From Candidatus Moraniibacteriota bacterium (GTDB lineage Bacteria > Patescibacteriota > Minisyncoccia > Moranbacterales > UBA2206): 61,763 nucleotides of DNA. This document shows, piece after piece, positions 1 to 9,263 of the stretch. A program made the translations under genes and the position numbers. Position 1 is the stretch's first letter. The number at the start of each line of letters is the position of its first letter. Location of the stretch: assembly GCA_003543115.1 (NCBI GenBank), contig DPJH01000004.1, forward strand, positions 1-61,763, given 5' to 3'. The notes under the pieces were generated by a model. That model had not been told where the DNA came from. It saw nothing but the letters and a program-made list of their open reading frames with translations, and made no database searches.

Positions 1-31
1 TCAGGAGTAATCAGTCATAAAATTCAAAAAT

Positions 32-447
32 ATGTCTATCTATGAAATGCCCAACGGCAACGCAGGCGGTTCAGCTGAGGGTGAAGAAAAAAGACTCGGG
101 TTGGAAAAGAAAAGAATGGCAGAAAGAAAAATCTCTTTGGCGAAAGAGCTGATTGAAAGAGGAGAGCGCCTAGCTTTTCCCGGCATCAATCCCGATAGCT
201 TGCGCGTCTAAAGGCTGATGAAGAGGAATTCCCTGGATTTGCCACTCCTATAGACGAATTGATGGAGAGATTCAAGCGAGAAGAAATGAAGGTGGTTTTT
301 GGAAATGACCATGAAAGCGGAAATGTTTTTCTTGTGCCGTTCGGCAGCGATGACATTGAAAATGACAGTATTTTTCCCAAGCACTTGCAAGTTAGCGATG
401 ATGTTGATGAAAGACTGAGAGAGTTAGTTTTGTTAGATAGAAATTAG
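32..447 (+). pseudogene. Hypothetical protein present as two overlapping frame pieces (32..211 and 199..447); possible frameshift
   Basis: ATG at 32 runs to TAA 209..211. A second open frame starts right after TAG 196..198 and runs to 447. The two pieces overlap by 13 nt and read as one continuous polypeptide if shifted. No recognisable family. Confidence 0.25.
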
Positions 448-635
448 GATACTTGTTAAAATAACAAATGCATAATTATTATATGCACCCTCTAAGACAC
501 TTGCTAGCTTGATAAGTTATTTTTGATCTGGCAAATGTAAAGTAGATCGTAGTAATGGTTGTCAGTGAGAAAAAACTTGCGAATTTTTATAATAGTGATA
601 TAATATCATTGAGTTTATAATAAAAATTCAAAATA

Positions 636-1376
636 ATGAACAGCTATAAAATTCTAGCTATTGATGAAACTGGAAAAGCTAGCTTGAAACATAAATCAAA
701 AAATTTTATATTGTCGGGAATAATTGTTCCGGAAAATTTTAAGCCTCGATTGAGCAAGGCTATGTTCAAACTAAAAGATAAACATTTTGAAGATGCTGAG
801 CTTGTATTTCATTGCCGGGATATGATTCGGAAGAAAGGGCCGTTTGCTTGCTTGCGAGAAAATGCAAAAAAAGAAATCCAATTTTGGTCAGAATTTATTG
901 CCATCTTAAATTCAGATAAGATTTCTCTTGCTTTTGTTATTGTGGATAAGGCCAAGGCTAAAAAATTAGGCTGGAATGAAATAGCTATATTAAGAAAAGC
1001 TTACAACAAGATTTTAGAAGAATTTGTGAAACAACATCTGGGCAAAAAGACTTGCGGAAAAATCATAGTTGAATCGGATCCGTCCCAGGATAAATATTTA
1101 ATAGAAGCGCATACGAGACTGTAAGGAATTGGAATTCCTTCTGTTGGAATCAATGGTTCAAATTATCGGGAAAAAATTACATCCCTTAGTTTAGTGAATA
1201 AATTGAATCTAGATGACGACATTCAGATAGCGGATAGCTTTGCCCTGATGGCAGATATGGTATATGAAATGAAGCTGGGCAAATTGAAGAAAATGACAGC
1301 TGTCGAGAGGATGATGGGAAGATTGATTGAGAGAAAGATGAAAAATAATTTGGGAATTTTTGAGGTATTGGCCTAA
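636..1376 (+). pseudogene. DUF3800-like protein interrupted by a single in-frame TAA (1122..1124)
   Basis: N-terminus YKILAIDETG...FILSGIIV is DUF3800-like. The same frame stays open from 1125 to 1376 and contains the ...IQIADSFALMAD... segment typical of the DUF3800 C-terminal part. Only one stop separates the two parts. Confidence 0.55.
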
Positions 1377-1500
1377 CAAAAAAGCCGGCCATGGCTATCC
1401 GCACATATACCGACTCCTTATATAGAGTATTACATGGATCAGTCAAAAATACAACAAAAAAACCGGCCATGGCTATCCGCACATATACCGATTTCTTATA
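1375..1500. repeat. Two copies of a ~45-bp direct repeat (perfect 29-bp core at 1385..1413 and 1463..1491; 78-bp period)
   Basis: The core ccggccatggctatccgcacatataccga occurs twice. The flanks (aacaaaaaa upstream, cttatat downstream) are also similar. Confidence 0.9.
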
Positions 1501-1562
1501 TTCAAGTTTAGCATATTTTAGGAAAATGTCAAGTACGGCAATTAGTTTGGGTAAATTTTTTT

Positions 1563-2246
1563 ATGAAAGATGAAAATTATAATAGAGTTTTAGAATTTCA
1601 AGAAGACCTTGTAAGAGTGGTGGAAAATTTCAATGCTATTGAGGAAATTGAATATTCATTTACTAGGGATTTTTTAATTGAAAAATATCCAAATAATGTG
1701 CCCACATTTTTAAAAGAGTGTAGAACATTAAAAAATTTTACAAATAGACTTTTAAGCGTTGCATCAGGTAGTGGAAGCTGGCAAGAAAGAAGAAATTTTA
1801 TTTATAATGAGTTTAAAGATTTTTTAAATTTTTTAGAGTTTGGTGAAATCTCTAAATATGATGAAGCGAATATAAATGATGATAATATTAGTATTATTTT
1901 AAGGAAAGAAGTTTTTTCACATGTGAAAGATTTATTAAACAACGAACATTATTTTAATGCAGTCGAAGAATCATATAAAATAGTTAGGGAGAAATTGAGA
2001 GATATCACGGGCAAGGAGAAAGCCCATGAAGCTTTTGCAGAAATAAATTACAATAAAATTTTTGGGCATGATATTAAAAATGAAGCCGAAAAAGATTTTT
2101 TTGAAGGAGTGAAGTTTTTACATATGGCGATTCAGAAACTAAGAAATGAAAAAGCGCATACTCCAGCAAATAAAATTGATAAAAATTTAGCGATTCACTA
2201 TATTGTTTTAGCTAGCTTGGCATACGATTTAATCGATAGGCATTAG
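1563..2246 (+). CDS. TIGR02391 (Hypoth_ymh)-like C-terminal domain protein
   Basis: C-terminal ...FFEGVKFLHMAIQKLRNEKAHTPANKIDKNLAIHYIVLASLAYDLI matches the G...RN..AH......A......S.L pattern of the TIGR02391 family. The N-terminal half is unrecognised. Confidence 0.55.
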   Translation: MKDENYNRVLEFQEDLVRVVENFNAIEEIEYSFTRDFLIEKYPNNVPTFLKECRTLKNFTNRLLSVASGSGSWQERRNFIYNEFKDFLNFLEFGEISKYDEANINDDNISIILRKEVFSHVKDLLNNEHYFNAVEESYKIVREKLRDITGKEKAHEAFAEINYNKIFGHDIKNEAEKDFFEGVKFLHMAIQKLRNEKAHTPANKIDKNLAIHYIVLASLAYDLIDRH

Positions 2247-2268
2247 TAGGATATTAGAAAATAAATAA

Positions 2269-2277
2269 TTATCCACA
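2269..2277 (+). promoter_or_regulatory. Perfect DnaA-box 9-mer TTATCCACA
   Basis: Exact consensus in the spacer upstream of the dehydrogenase gene. Function not demonstrated. Confidence 0.35.
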
Positions 2278-2351
2278 ATAAAAACCATGAAAATTGCAAT
2301 ATTTTGCCAGAAGGCGGATTTTAATGAAGAGCAGCAGGATAAACTTCGCAG

Positions 2352-3233
2352 TTGGGAGAAGTTGTTTATGCGGATAGGTGCGGGGAGCAACCGATTGAGG
2401 ACTGGATAGGTTTAGCAAGTGGTGCGGACATCTTGGCTTTTGACCCTGATGCATTCGGCGGTTTTGAGAAAGCGCAGGATGGGAGATTGATCAAATTGAT
2501 GGACAGTTTGCCGAATTTGAAAGGTGTGGCTTTGGCCACCACTTCTTTCGGCTGGATAGATCTGGATTATTGCAGAAAAAGGAACATTGTCGTGACGAAT
2601 GTGCCTTTCTATTCCACTGAGTCGGTAGCAGAACATGCCACAGGACTGCTGATCAGCCTGGCTAAGAAAATTATTCTGACCGATAGGCGGACACAAAAGG
2701 GCAGTTATCGTTTGGATATGGGATTTGAACTGAAGGGGAAAACTTTGGGCGTCATTGGTCTCGGCCACATCGGAAGCCGGGTGGCGGAGTTGGGAAGCGC
2801 GATTGGAATGAGGGTGATCGCTTTCAACAGGACTGCCAAGCAAAAAGAAAACATTGAAATGAAATCATTGGATGCGGTGTTGGCTGAGGCGGATGCTATT
2901 TCCATCAACTTGGCAGATAGCCACGAAACCAAAAACTTTATTTCAGAAAAAGAAATTGCTAAGATGAAATCAGGAGTTATTGTTGTAAATTTGGCCTCCA
3001 GAGAAATCGTTGATGAAGAGGCAATGGCCAAAGCTCTTCAGTCCGAAAAAGTGTCTGCTTATGCTTTCGAAGGAGAAGATTTGGAAAACGGATCTCTGGC
3101 AAAAATTGAAACAGCTATCGGGCTCCAAGGATTCGGCTGGTACACAAAAGAAGCTTTGGAAAAAGCTATGGAGATCTGGACGAAAAATATTATCGCTCTA
3201 GCTAAAAATGATTCTTCTGATAGAGTGGATTAA
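2352..3233 (+). CDS. D-isomer-specific 2-hydroxyacid dehydrogenase family protein (expected N-terminus lies in another frame from ATG 2287)
   Basis: Rossmann motif GKTLGVIGLGHIGSRVAELG with typical catalytic-domain flanks. MKIAIFCQKADFNEEQQDKLRS is encoded from 2287 in a different frame and would join ...LGEVVYAD. Confidence 0.8.
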   Translation: MGEVVYADRCGEQPIEDWIGLASGADILAFDPDAFGGFEKAQDGRLIKLMDSLPNLKGVALATTSFGWIDLDYCRKRNIVVTNVPFYSTESVAEHATGLLISLAKKIILTDRRTQKGSYRLDMGFELKGKTLGVIGLGHIGSRVAELGSAIGMRVIAFNRTAKQKENIEMKSLDAVLAEADAISINLADSHETKNFISEKEIAKMKSGVIVVNLASREIVDEEAMAKALQSEKVSAYAFEGEDLENGSLAKIETAIGLQGFGWYTKEALEKAMEIWTKNIIALAKNDSSDRVD

Positions 3234-3274
3234 TAAAAAACGGAAGCTTCCTTAGAATCTTCTAAAATAATCTT

Positions 3275-3871
3275 ATGAAACTATTGCTTACTTCAACCGG
3301 TTTGAAAAATGATATAAAGGAATTTTTTGTCTCTTGTTTTGAGAATTTTGAAAATAAAAGAGCTTGCTTGGTTCACACAGTCAGGGAAGAAAGCGATTGG
3401 CAGTGGATGGAATCGTATGATCAAGAGTTGAAAAGCATAGGTTTGGCATATGACGCCATCAATATTTCGGTGGATAAAAATCTTGCCGGCTTGCCGGAAT
3501 ATGACATCTATTATGTCTGCGGAGGCAACACTTTCTATATTCTGGATCGGATGAGGAAAACTGGATTGGACAGGATTTTAATAGAGGCAGTAAGAAAAGG
3601 AAAGTTTTATATCGGTGTTAGTGCCGGAGCAATCATTGTTGGACCGGACATTGAGGCGGCGGGAATCGGTAATGCTGATATAAATGATGTGCATCTTTCA
3701 GATCTGACCGGACTCCGATTGACCGAGCACATCATCACTCCTCACTATTCCGTTGAAGAAGAAAAAGACGTGCAGGATTTCAGAGAAAAAAGAAAGGGCG
3801 AATCAGTGATTGCCCTGACTGATGATCAGGCGGTTTTTATAGAGAACGGAAAAATCACAAAAATAGGATAA
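3275..3871 (+). CDS. Peptidase S51 (dipeptidase E / cyanophycinase-like) family protein, paralog 1
   Basis: MKLLLTSTGL..., YVCGGNTFYILDRMRKTGL and IGVSAGAIIVGPDI (nucleophile-Ser motif) are typical of S51. Confidence 0.75.
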   Translation: MKLLLTSTGLKNDIKEFFVSCFENFENKRACLVHTVREESDWQWMESYDQELKSIGLAYDAINISVDKNLAGLPEYDIYYVCGGNTFYILDRMRKTGLDRILIEAVRKGKFYIGVSAGAIIVGPDIEAAGIGNADINDVHLSDLTGLRLTEHIITPHYSVEEEKDVQDFREKRKGESVIALTDDQAVFIENGKITKIG

Positions 3872-4018
3872 TGCGCGCCATTTTTCATTTTGAATTTAGT
3901 CAGGAGAAAATAAAAGGCGAGTCCTGCTAATTTTGAATTTTCCCTAGCTATTTTTTTATGAAAGATTGCTACATTCTGGATTTTTGCAGAAAGAGATGAT
4001 AATATCTAAATAATAAAT

Positions 4019-4555
4019 ATGGCTAAAATACTATTGATTTCCGGGAGTCCGAGAAAGGGCAATACAGATTTTGTGTTGACCAGCATTTTTGATAAGCTCG
4101 AAAACGATAAAGAGCTGATTTTGCTAAAGGATAAAAATATTAAACATTGCATCGGCTGCTTGAGCTGCCATGGAAAACCGAAATGCATCTTGAGTGATGA
4201 TATGACTGAAATAGGCGAGAAGATGCTTAGCGCGGATATCATAATTGTTGGAACCCCCAATTATTTTGATAATGTTTCCGGGCTGCTGAAAAATTTCATC
4301 GACAGGACACATCCTTATTACAAGTCCGAACTGCTGAAGGACAAGAAATTAATCTTGATTATGGTCGGCGGGGGCGAGATTGATGGCTCTCAGGAATTTT
4401 TGGATCATTGCACATATGGCTTCGTAAAATATCAGAAATTGAAACTAGAGGGATCATATTGTTTCCAAGCTCTCCATCAAAATGATCTGAAAAAAGACCC
4501 TGGCTCGCTTTTGAAAATAGACGAAATCGTTAAGAAAATTAAATCCTTAAAATAA
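4019..4555 (+). CDS. NAD(P)H-dependent FMN reductase / iron-sulfur flavoprotein family
   Basis: KILLISGSPRKGNT, CIGCLSCHGKPKC and IIIVGTPNYFDNVSG motifs. Confidence 0.75.
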   Translation: MAKILLISGSPRKGNTDFVLTSIFDKLENDKELILLKDKNIKHCIGCLSCHGKPKCILSDDMTEIGEKMLSADIIIVGTPNYFDNVSGLLKNFIDRTHPYYKSELLKDKKLILIMVGGGEIDGSQEFLDHCTYGFVKYQKLKLEGSYCFQALHQNDLKKDPGSLLKIDEIVKKIKSLK

Positions 4556-4567
4556 GAGACCTAAAAA

Positions 4568-5152
4568 ATGACAAAATATATTCTTCATGGTGGAGTGACA
4601 AGAGAAGAGAACAAGCTTAATCATGATTTTTTCTCGGAAATTGCCGGCAGTCTTGATGACGGGGACAGTTTGCTTTTGTGCTACTTTGCTCCTTCGATGA
4701 AGCGTGATTATCCGGAAAAAGAAAAGTTCGTAAACGGTGTTAAGCAGTTCGAAAGATATATGAATGGCAAGAAAGTGACGTATGTTTTTGCTGAAAGAGA
4801 GGATTTCATGCGGCAATTGAAAAAAGCTGAGGCCATATATGTCCATGGCGGAGACACGATCAAGCTCCTGGAAGATTTGAAAAAATATCCTGAATTTCCT
4901 GAGGAAATACGAAAGAAAAAGCTGGTGGTAGGAAGTTCGGCCGGAGCCTACGTTTTGGCAAAATATTTCATCAACTACTCGCATGAAAATGATGTTAAGC
5001 AAGGATTTGGCATATTGCCGATTAAAATATTCTGCCACTTCAAGGATGAACAAGGGGAGCTTTTAGAAGAAAAATTTAGAAAAGCAGATGAGGCGGGGGA
5101 ATTAGAAACTGTATTGCTCAGAGATTTTGAAATGAAGATTTTTGGAAAGTAA
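4568..5152 (+). CDS. Peptidase S51-like protein, paralog 2 (divergent)
   Basis: YVHGGDTIKLLEDLKK and VVGSSAGAYVLAKYF correspond to the S51 core motifs. Confidence 0.6.
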   Translation: MTKYILHGGVTREENKLNHDFFSEIAGSLDDGDSLLLCYFAPSMKRDYPEKEKFVNGVKQFERYMNGKKVTYVFAEREDFMRQLKKAEAIYVHGGDTIKLLEDLKKYPEFPEEIRKKKLVVGSSAGAYVLAKYFINYSHENDVKQGFGILPIKIFCHFKDEQGELLEEKFRKADEAGELETVLLRDFEMKIFGK

Positions 5153-5169
5153 ATTAATTTTTTTAAAAT

Positions 5170-6351
5170 ATGGATACTAAAGAAAAAGACAAAAAATATT
5201 TAGGCAGAGATATAGAGGCCGATCAATTGGAAATTGTCGGATCGGATGGCAGCCATCTTGTGGATGCCAAAGGGAAGAAGCATATTGATTTTCTGATGGG
5301 TTGGTGTGTGGGAAATATCGGCTGGGGAAATAATGAAGTTAGAAAAAGACTGAAAAAATTTACGGGTCCAGATTATGTCCTGCCTGGATATTTATACAAG
5401 CCTTGGGCTCAGCTGGCGGAAATGTTAGCCAAGATTACTCCAGGAAAATTAGAAAAAAGTTTTCGAGCAACTGGTGGAACAGAAGCGGTGGAAATCGCTA
5501 TGCAGGCGGCAATGATGCATACAAAGAGGCACAAATTTATCTCGATTGAGGGAAGTTATCATGGGCATTCTATCGGAGCAATGAGTATCGGGATGTCAGA
5601 ATTTCGGAAATGGTATAAAAATTTGCTTTTCCATTGCAATAAGATCGATACTCCGCTAGATGAAAAAGCTATCGTAAAAATAGAAAAGTTATTGGCGCAA
5701 AAAGACATTGCTGCCTTCATCGCCGAACCAATAGTTTGCAATCTCGGCATCGTGATGCCGGAGAGAAATTTTTGGCCAAAAGTGCAGAAACTTTGCAAAA
5801 AATATGGAACACTTTTTATTATGGATGAAGTAGCGACCGGATTCGGAAGAACGGGAAAAATGTTTGCGTCAGAGCACTATGACCTATCGCCGGATATTAT
5901 GTGTTTAGCCAAGGGCATAGCGGGCGGATATGGCGGATTGGGTGTTGCAATAATGACGAAAGAAGTCGCCAGGTCTATGGAATTTGATTTTAGTTTTTAT
6001 TCGACTTTTGGATGGCATCCGTTGGCAGTGGAGGCGGCGCTAGCTAATTTAGAATATTTGGATAAAAATAAGGAAAAAATTCTAAACAATGTTTTGAAGA
6101 TGGAAAAATATCTCCAAGAGCGTTTGAAAAAAATGATCTTCAAATATCCGGCAAAAATCAGGATCAAGGGATTGGCAATTGGAATTGAATTTGATGACGT
6201 GAAATATGCAGGAAAAATTGCAGAAAAATGCATGAAAAACGGATTGCTTGTGGCAACCCTCAATCGAAACATCATCACTCTTTTCCCAGCCTTGAACATC
6301 GACAAAAAAACAGCTAAAGCGGGGTTGGATATTTTGGAGAGATGTCTCTAG
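5170..6351 (+). CDS. Class III pyridoxal-phosphate-dependent aminotransferase
   Basis: GTEAVEIAMQ, FIMDEVATGFGRTGKMFASEHY and MCLAKGIAGGY (PLP-lysine region). Confidence 0.85.
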   Translation: MDTKEKDKKYLGRDIEADQLEIVGSDGSHLVDAKGKKHIDFLMGWCVGNIGWGNNEVRKRLKKFTGPDYVLPGYLYKPWAQLAEMLAKITPGKLEKSFRATGGTEAVEIAMQAAMMHTKRHKFISIEGSYHGHSIGAMSIGMSEFRKWYKNLLFHCNKIDTPLDEKAIVKIEKLLAQKDIAAFIAEPIVCNLGIVMPERNFWPKVQKLCKKYGTLFIMDEVATGFGRTGKMFASEHYDLSPDIMCLAKGIAGGYGGLGVAIMTKEVARSMEFDFSFYSTFGWHPLAVEAALANLEYLDKNKEKILNNVLKMEKYLQERLKKMIFKYPAKIRIKGLAIGIEFDDVKYAGKIAEKCMKNGLLVATLNRNIITLFPALNIDKKTAKAGLDILERCL

Positions 6352-6415
6352 GTGTTTCTCCAGAGGAGAGGAATTATTTTATATAAATTAAATACTCAAA
6401 CTAAGAATTATTATT

Positions 6416-6922
6416 ATGAAATGGATCGCTATTAGCGGAGGTTGGAGAAATAATAATCGACAGACGGAAAGTGATGTCAGGCGAGAAGTGCAAGAAATTA
6501 TTTCTCGCGGAGACGGCATCGTGTCTGGTGGTGCATTGGGCGTGGACTATTTTGCTACGGATGAAGCTCTCAAGCGGGATGCGTCAGGGAAAAGCATCAG
6601 AATATTTTTGCCTGCAACACTGGAACTATATGCGGAACATTATCGAAAACGTGCTGGCGAGGGTGTCATCACTCAATCGCAAGCAGAAAGATTGATAGCG
6701 CAATTGGAAAAATTGAAGGCAATTAACGCGGAGTCGCTTCAGGAAAATAGGGGAAATTCAGTGATAGACAAAACTGCCTATTGGAAACGGATCGAAAAGA
6801 TAGTGGAGGCGGCGGATGAATTGGTAGCTTTCCACATCAATAAAAGCCCTGGAACGCAATATACGATTGATCAAGCTAATGCTAAAAAAATACCCGTTAG
6901 AATATTCGAATACATTTTATAG
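6416..6922 (+). CDS. SLOG/DprA-like Rossmann-fold protein (DUF2493/YpsA-like)
   Basis: IVSGGALGVDYFATDEAL resembles the GGxxGxD nucleotide-binding motif of SLOG/DprA-type folds. Weak call. Confidence 0.4.
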   Translation: MKWIAISGGWRNNNRQTESDVRREVQEIISRGDGIVSGGALGVDYFATDEALKRDASGKSIRIFLPATLELYAEHYRKRAGEGVITQSQAERLIAQLEKLKAINAESLQENRGNSVIDKTAYWKRIEKIVEAADELVAFHINKSPGTQYTIDQANAKKIPVRIFEYIL

Positions 6923-7025
6923 TAAGTTTAACATAATAAAAGAAACGTGGAATGAAAGCTTTTCCTGTTCAATTTTAAGGATTAAGAAAGATAGAATAAA
7001 TATATTAATTTTTAAAAATAATCTT

Positions 7026-7685
7026 ATGAAACTATTGCTTACTTCTGCTGGGCTATCAAACCAATCAATTTCCGACGCTCTTTTAGAAATGATCGGAAAA
7101 CCATTTTCTGAAACCACTTTGGCTTTTATTCCGACTGCGGCCAATGTTATGGAGGGGAACAAAGATTGGATGATAGATGATTTGGTTAACTGTAGAAAGG
7201 CGGGGTTTAAGTCAATTGATATTGTTGATATTTCAGCCTTGGAAAAAGAGGTGTGGCTACCACGCTTTGAGGCGGCAGATGTGCTTTTGTTTGAAGGCGG
7301 AGATACTTCATACCTTATGTATTGGTTCAAGAAATCAGGACTCAAAGAACTCTTGCCGGAGATGTTAAAAACAAAAATTTATATCGGAATCAGCGCCGGA
7401 AGTATAATTATGTGCAAGGGCTTGGATTCTGACATAGTTAATGAATTATATAATGAACCGGTTGCTCATCCAGAAGAAAATGAGGGGATGGGGTTTGTTA
7501 ATATTTTATTGAGGCCGCATTTGAATAATCCTGATTTCCCTAATATAAATTTAAAGCATGCGGAAGAACTTTCTAAAAAATCTCCAGAAACTTTCTATGT
7601 CATTGATGACAACACGGCTATCAAGGTTGTTGATGGAAAAATAGAAATAATTTCTGAGGGAGTTTGGAAGAAGTTTAATCAGTGA
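7026..7685 (+). CDS. Peptidase S51 family protein, paralog 3
   Basis: Start set at ATG 7026 (MKLLLTSAGL), not the 6867 start in the ORF track. The 31 nt around this ATG are identical to the start of paralog 1. Motifs: FEGGDTSYLMYWFKKSGL, IGISAGSIIMCKG. Confidence 0.75.
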   Translation: MKLLLTSAGLSNQSISDALLEMIGKPFSETTLAFIPTAANVMEGNKDWMIDDLVNCRKAGFKSIDIVDISALEKEVWLPRFEAADVLLFEGGDTSYLMYWFKKSGLKELLPEMLKTKIYIGISAGSIIMCKGLDSDIVNELYNEPVAHPEENEGMGFVNILLRPHLNNPDFPNINLKHAEELSKKSPETFYVIDDNTAIKVVDGKIEIISEGVWKKFNQ

Positions 7686-7749
7686 TTGCTCTGACTGATG
7701 ATCAGGCGGTTTTTTGGAGGACGGAAAGCTTATTAAGATAGGATTTTAA
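7679..7749 (+). pseudogene. Remnant 3' end of a paralog-1-type S51 gene
   Basis: tcagtgattgctctgactgatgatcaggcggtttttt... aligns almost base-for-base with 3803..3871 (ESVIALTDDQAVFIENGKITKIG*). It lies after and overlapping the stop of paralog 3, with a 1-nt shift in the T run. Confidence 0.6.
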
Positions 7750-7814
7750 ATTTTACGGGACAGAAATTTTTTAAACTTTGATATTATACGTAATTAGTAA
7801 TATTTTTTAAAATT

Positions 7815-8224
7815 ATGAAATTTAAACATACTGAAATAAATCTGAAAAAAGAGAATAAATATCCCAAGCTTGTGAGGGACAATATTCTGGAAGTAGTGAA
7901 AAATTTGACAGGAAAAGAGGTTAGGACCAGGATATTGGAAGATGATGGAGAATATTCAGATTTTTAATGAAGAAAGTCGAAGAAGAGGCTCATGAATTGG
8001 CTAATGCGGATAGCAAGGAACACGTGGCCGAAGAAGTCGCTGATGTTATGGAGCTGATAGGGGCGATATTGGATTTCAACGGACTTGATTGGGAGACAAT
8101 CGGCAAGATCCAAAAAGAGGATTCTTATGCTGGAAAAAGTCTGATTTTTTTAAGAGCTTGGCAAATAGACATTTTTTGTTATTGTGATTTGAAAAAATCA
8201 CGCGGTTCTTTACAAACACAATAG
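7815..8224 (+). pseudogene. MazG-like nucleotide pyrophosphohydrolase split by a frameshift in a T5 run (about 7961..7965)
   Basis: Piece 1 (7815..7967) carries YPKLVRDNILEVV. Piece 2 (7967..8224, other frame) carries KKVEEEAHELANA...EEVADVMELIGAIL. One extra T would join ...EYSDF to LMKKVEEE. The C-terminal tail also looks out of frame. Confidence 0.6.
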
Positions 8225-8285
8225 AGAGTTAATGAGTTTCCGCGAGACGGAGCAAATAACAATCCAAAACAACAGGAGGACTGGC

Positions 8286-9041
8286 ATGGAAAAAGAAAAG
8301 CGGAAGTTCGACCTGATGGGTACGATTGATGATTTAGGAGAGATTGAAATTATTCATGGCGCAAATGGCAATCTTACGGTTATTTACCCGACTGAAGCGG
8401 TTTTTGAAGCGCAAAAAGCGTGGATGGAGGATAGGTTGAAAGAGAAAGAGTGGATAAGCGGTTTGGAGGATAGATACGGGGTAAAAATGATTGACAGTGG
8501 ATTTATTTGCAACGGTGGGAAATATTCATTGTCTATAATAATCAATATTCCACGGAGCATCAGATGGGATGTCATACAAGACGGAGGTTTCCTATTAGAA
8601 CTTTTCATGGTGGTGCGTAAATATTTTGCCGAAAGGATTATCAAAGACTATCCTTTGCCGTTCAGCCCGGATTTCAAGCATATTCCCTTGAAACCTTATG
8701 TCCGGTGCAAGTATTGCTTTTCCTATTATCATTCCTGCCCCACAGCGCTTCCCCGTCACGCAATCTCGATCATTGCCGAAGAAAAATTCAGAGAAAGCAT
8801 GAAAGAGGCAATCGAAGGAAACGGTAGTTTCTTTTTGGATATTCGGATAGGCAAAACCAGGAAAAATAGCCAGGTTGCCTATCTGGAGCTGACAAGAAGG
8901 ATTGAGACAACTCTGAAGAAAGGGTCTCCTGGAGGTTCTTGCGAAAATGATGCTTTGAACATAGCTCTGAGCGGAGTGTTGAGGAATTTTTTTGGAGATA
9001 GGATGGCTCTCTATCCTTGTTGCGAAAAAGACATTGGCTGA
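8286..9041 (+). CDS. Hypothetical protein
   Basis: Long ORF. The ATG at 8286 is preceded by acaggagga (SD-like). The stretch is visibly GC-richer than its surroundings. No recognisable family. Confidence 0.5.
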   Translation: MEKEKRKFDLMGTIDDLGEIEIIHGANGNLTVIYPTEAVFEAQKAWMEDRLKEKEWISGLEDRYGVKMIDSGFICNGGKYSLSIIINIPRSIRWDVIQDGGFLLELFMVVRKYFAERIIKDYPLPFSPDFKHIPLKPYVRCKYCFSYYHSCPTALPRHAISIIAEEKFRESMKEAIEGNGSFFLDIRIGKTRKNSQVAYLELTRRIETTLKKGSPGGSCENDALNIALSGVLRNFFGDRMALYPCCEKDIG

Positions 9042-9068
9042 TTTTTGTTTGGCATAACACTGCTATCT

Positions 9069-9099
9069 GTCGTGGGTTCATCTGATCCCACGACTTTTT
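9069..9099 (+). terminator. Rho-independent terminator
   Basis: gtcgtggg-ttcatctga-tcccacgac followed by ttttt. Confidence 0.7.
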
Positions 9100-9263
9100 C
9101 ATTGACTTTATGGCTGTTTTGATATAACATTCGATATCAGGTCTTTTGCAATTGAATATATTATATTTAAGCTTTAAGTTTGGGACGAACACAGGAGATC
9201 AACTCTTAATAAATTTCTCCGGCAAACTCTTTTGCCGGAGAAATAAACTTTCGATTAAGGAGG

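Noticed and set aside
1375-1500. Possible CRISPR array (repeat-spacer-repeat)
   Set aside because: There are only two repeat copies, the similarity extends into the flanks, there are no cas genes in the window, and no further units follow. It is a simple local direct duplication.
6867-7025. The 272-aa version of S51 paralog 3 starting at 6867
   Set aside because: The upstream 53 codons overlap the end of the preceding gene and have no S51 similarity. ATG 7026 reproduces the MKLLLTS... N-terminus, and the identical 31-nt start region, of paralog 1.
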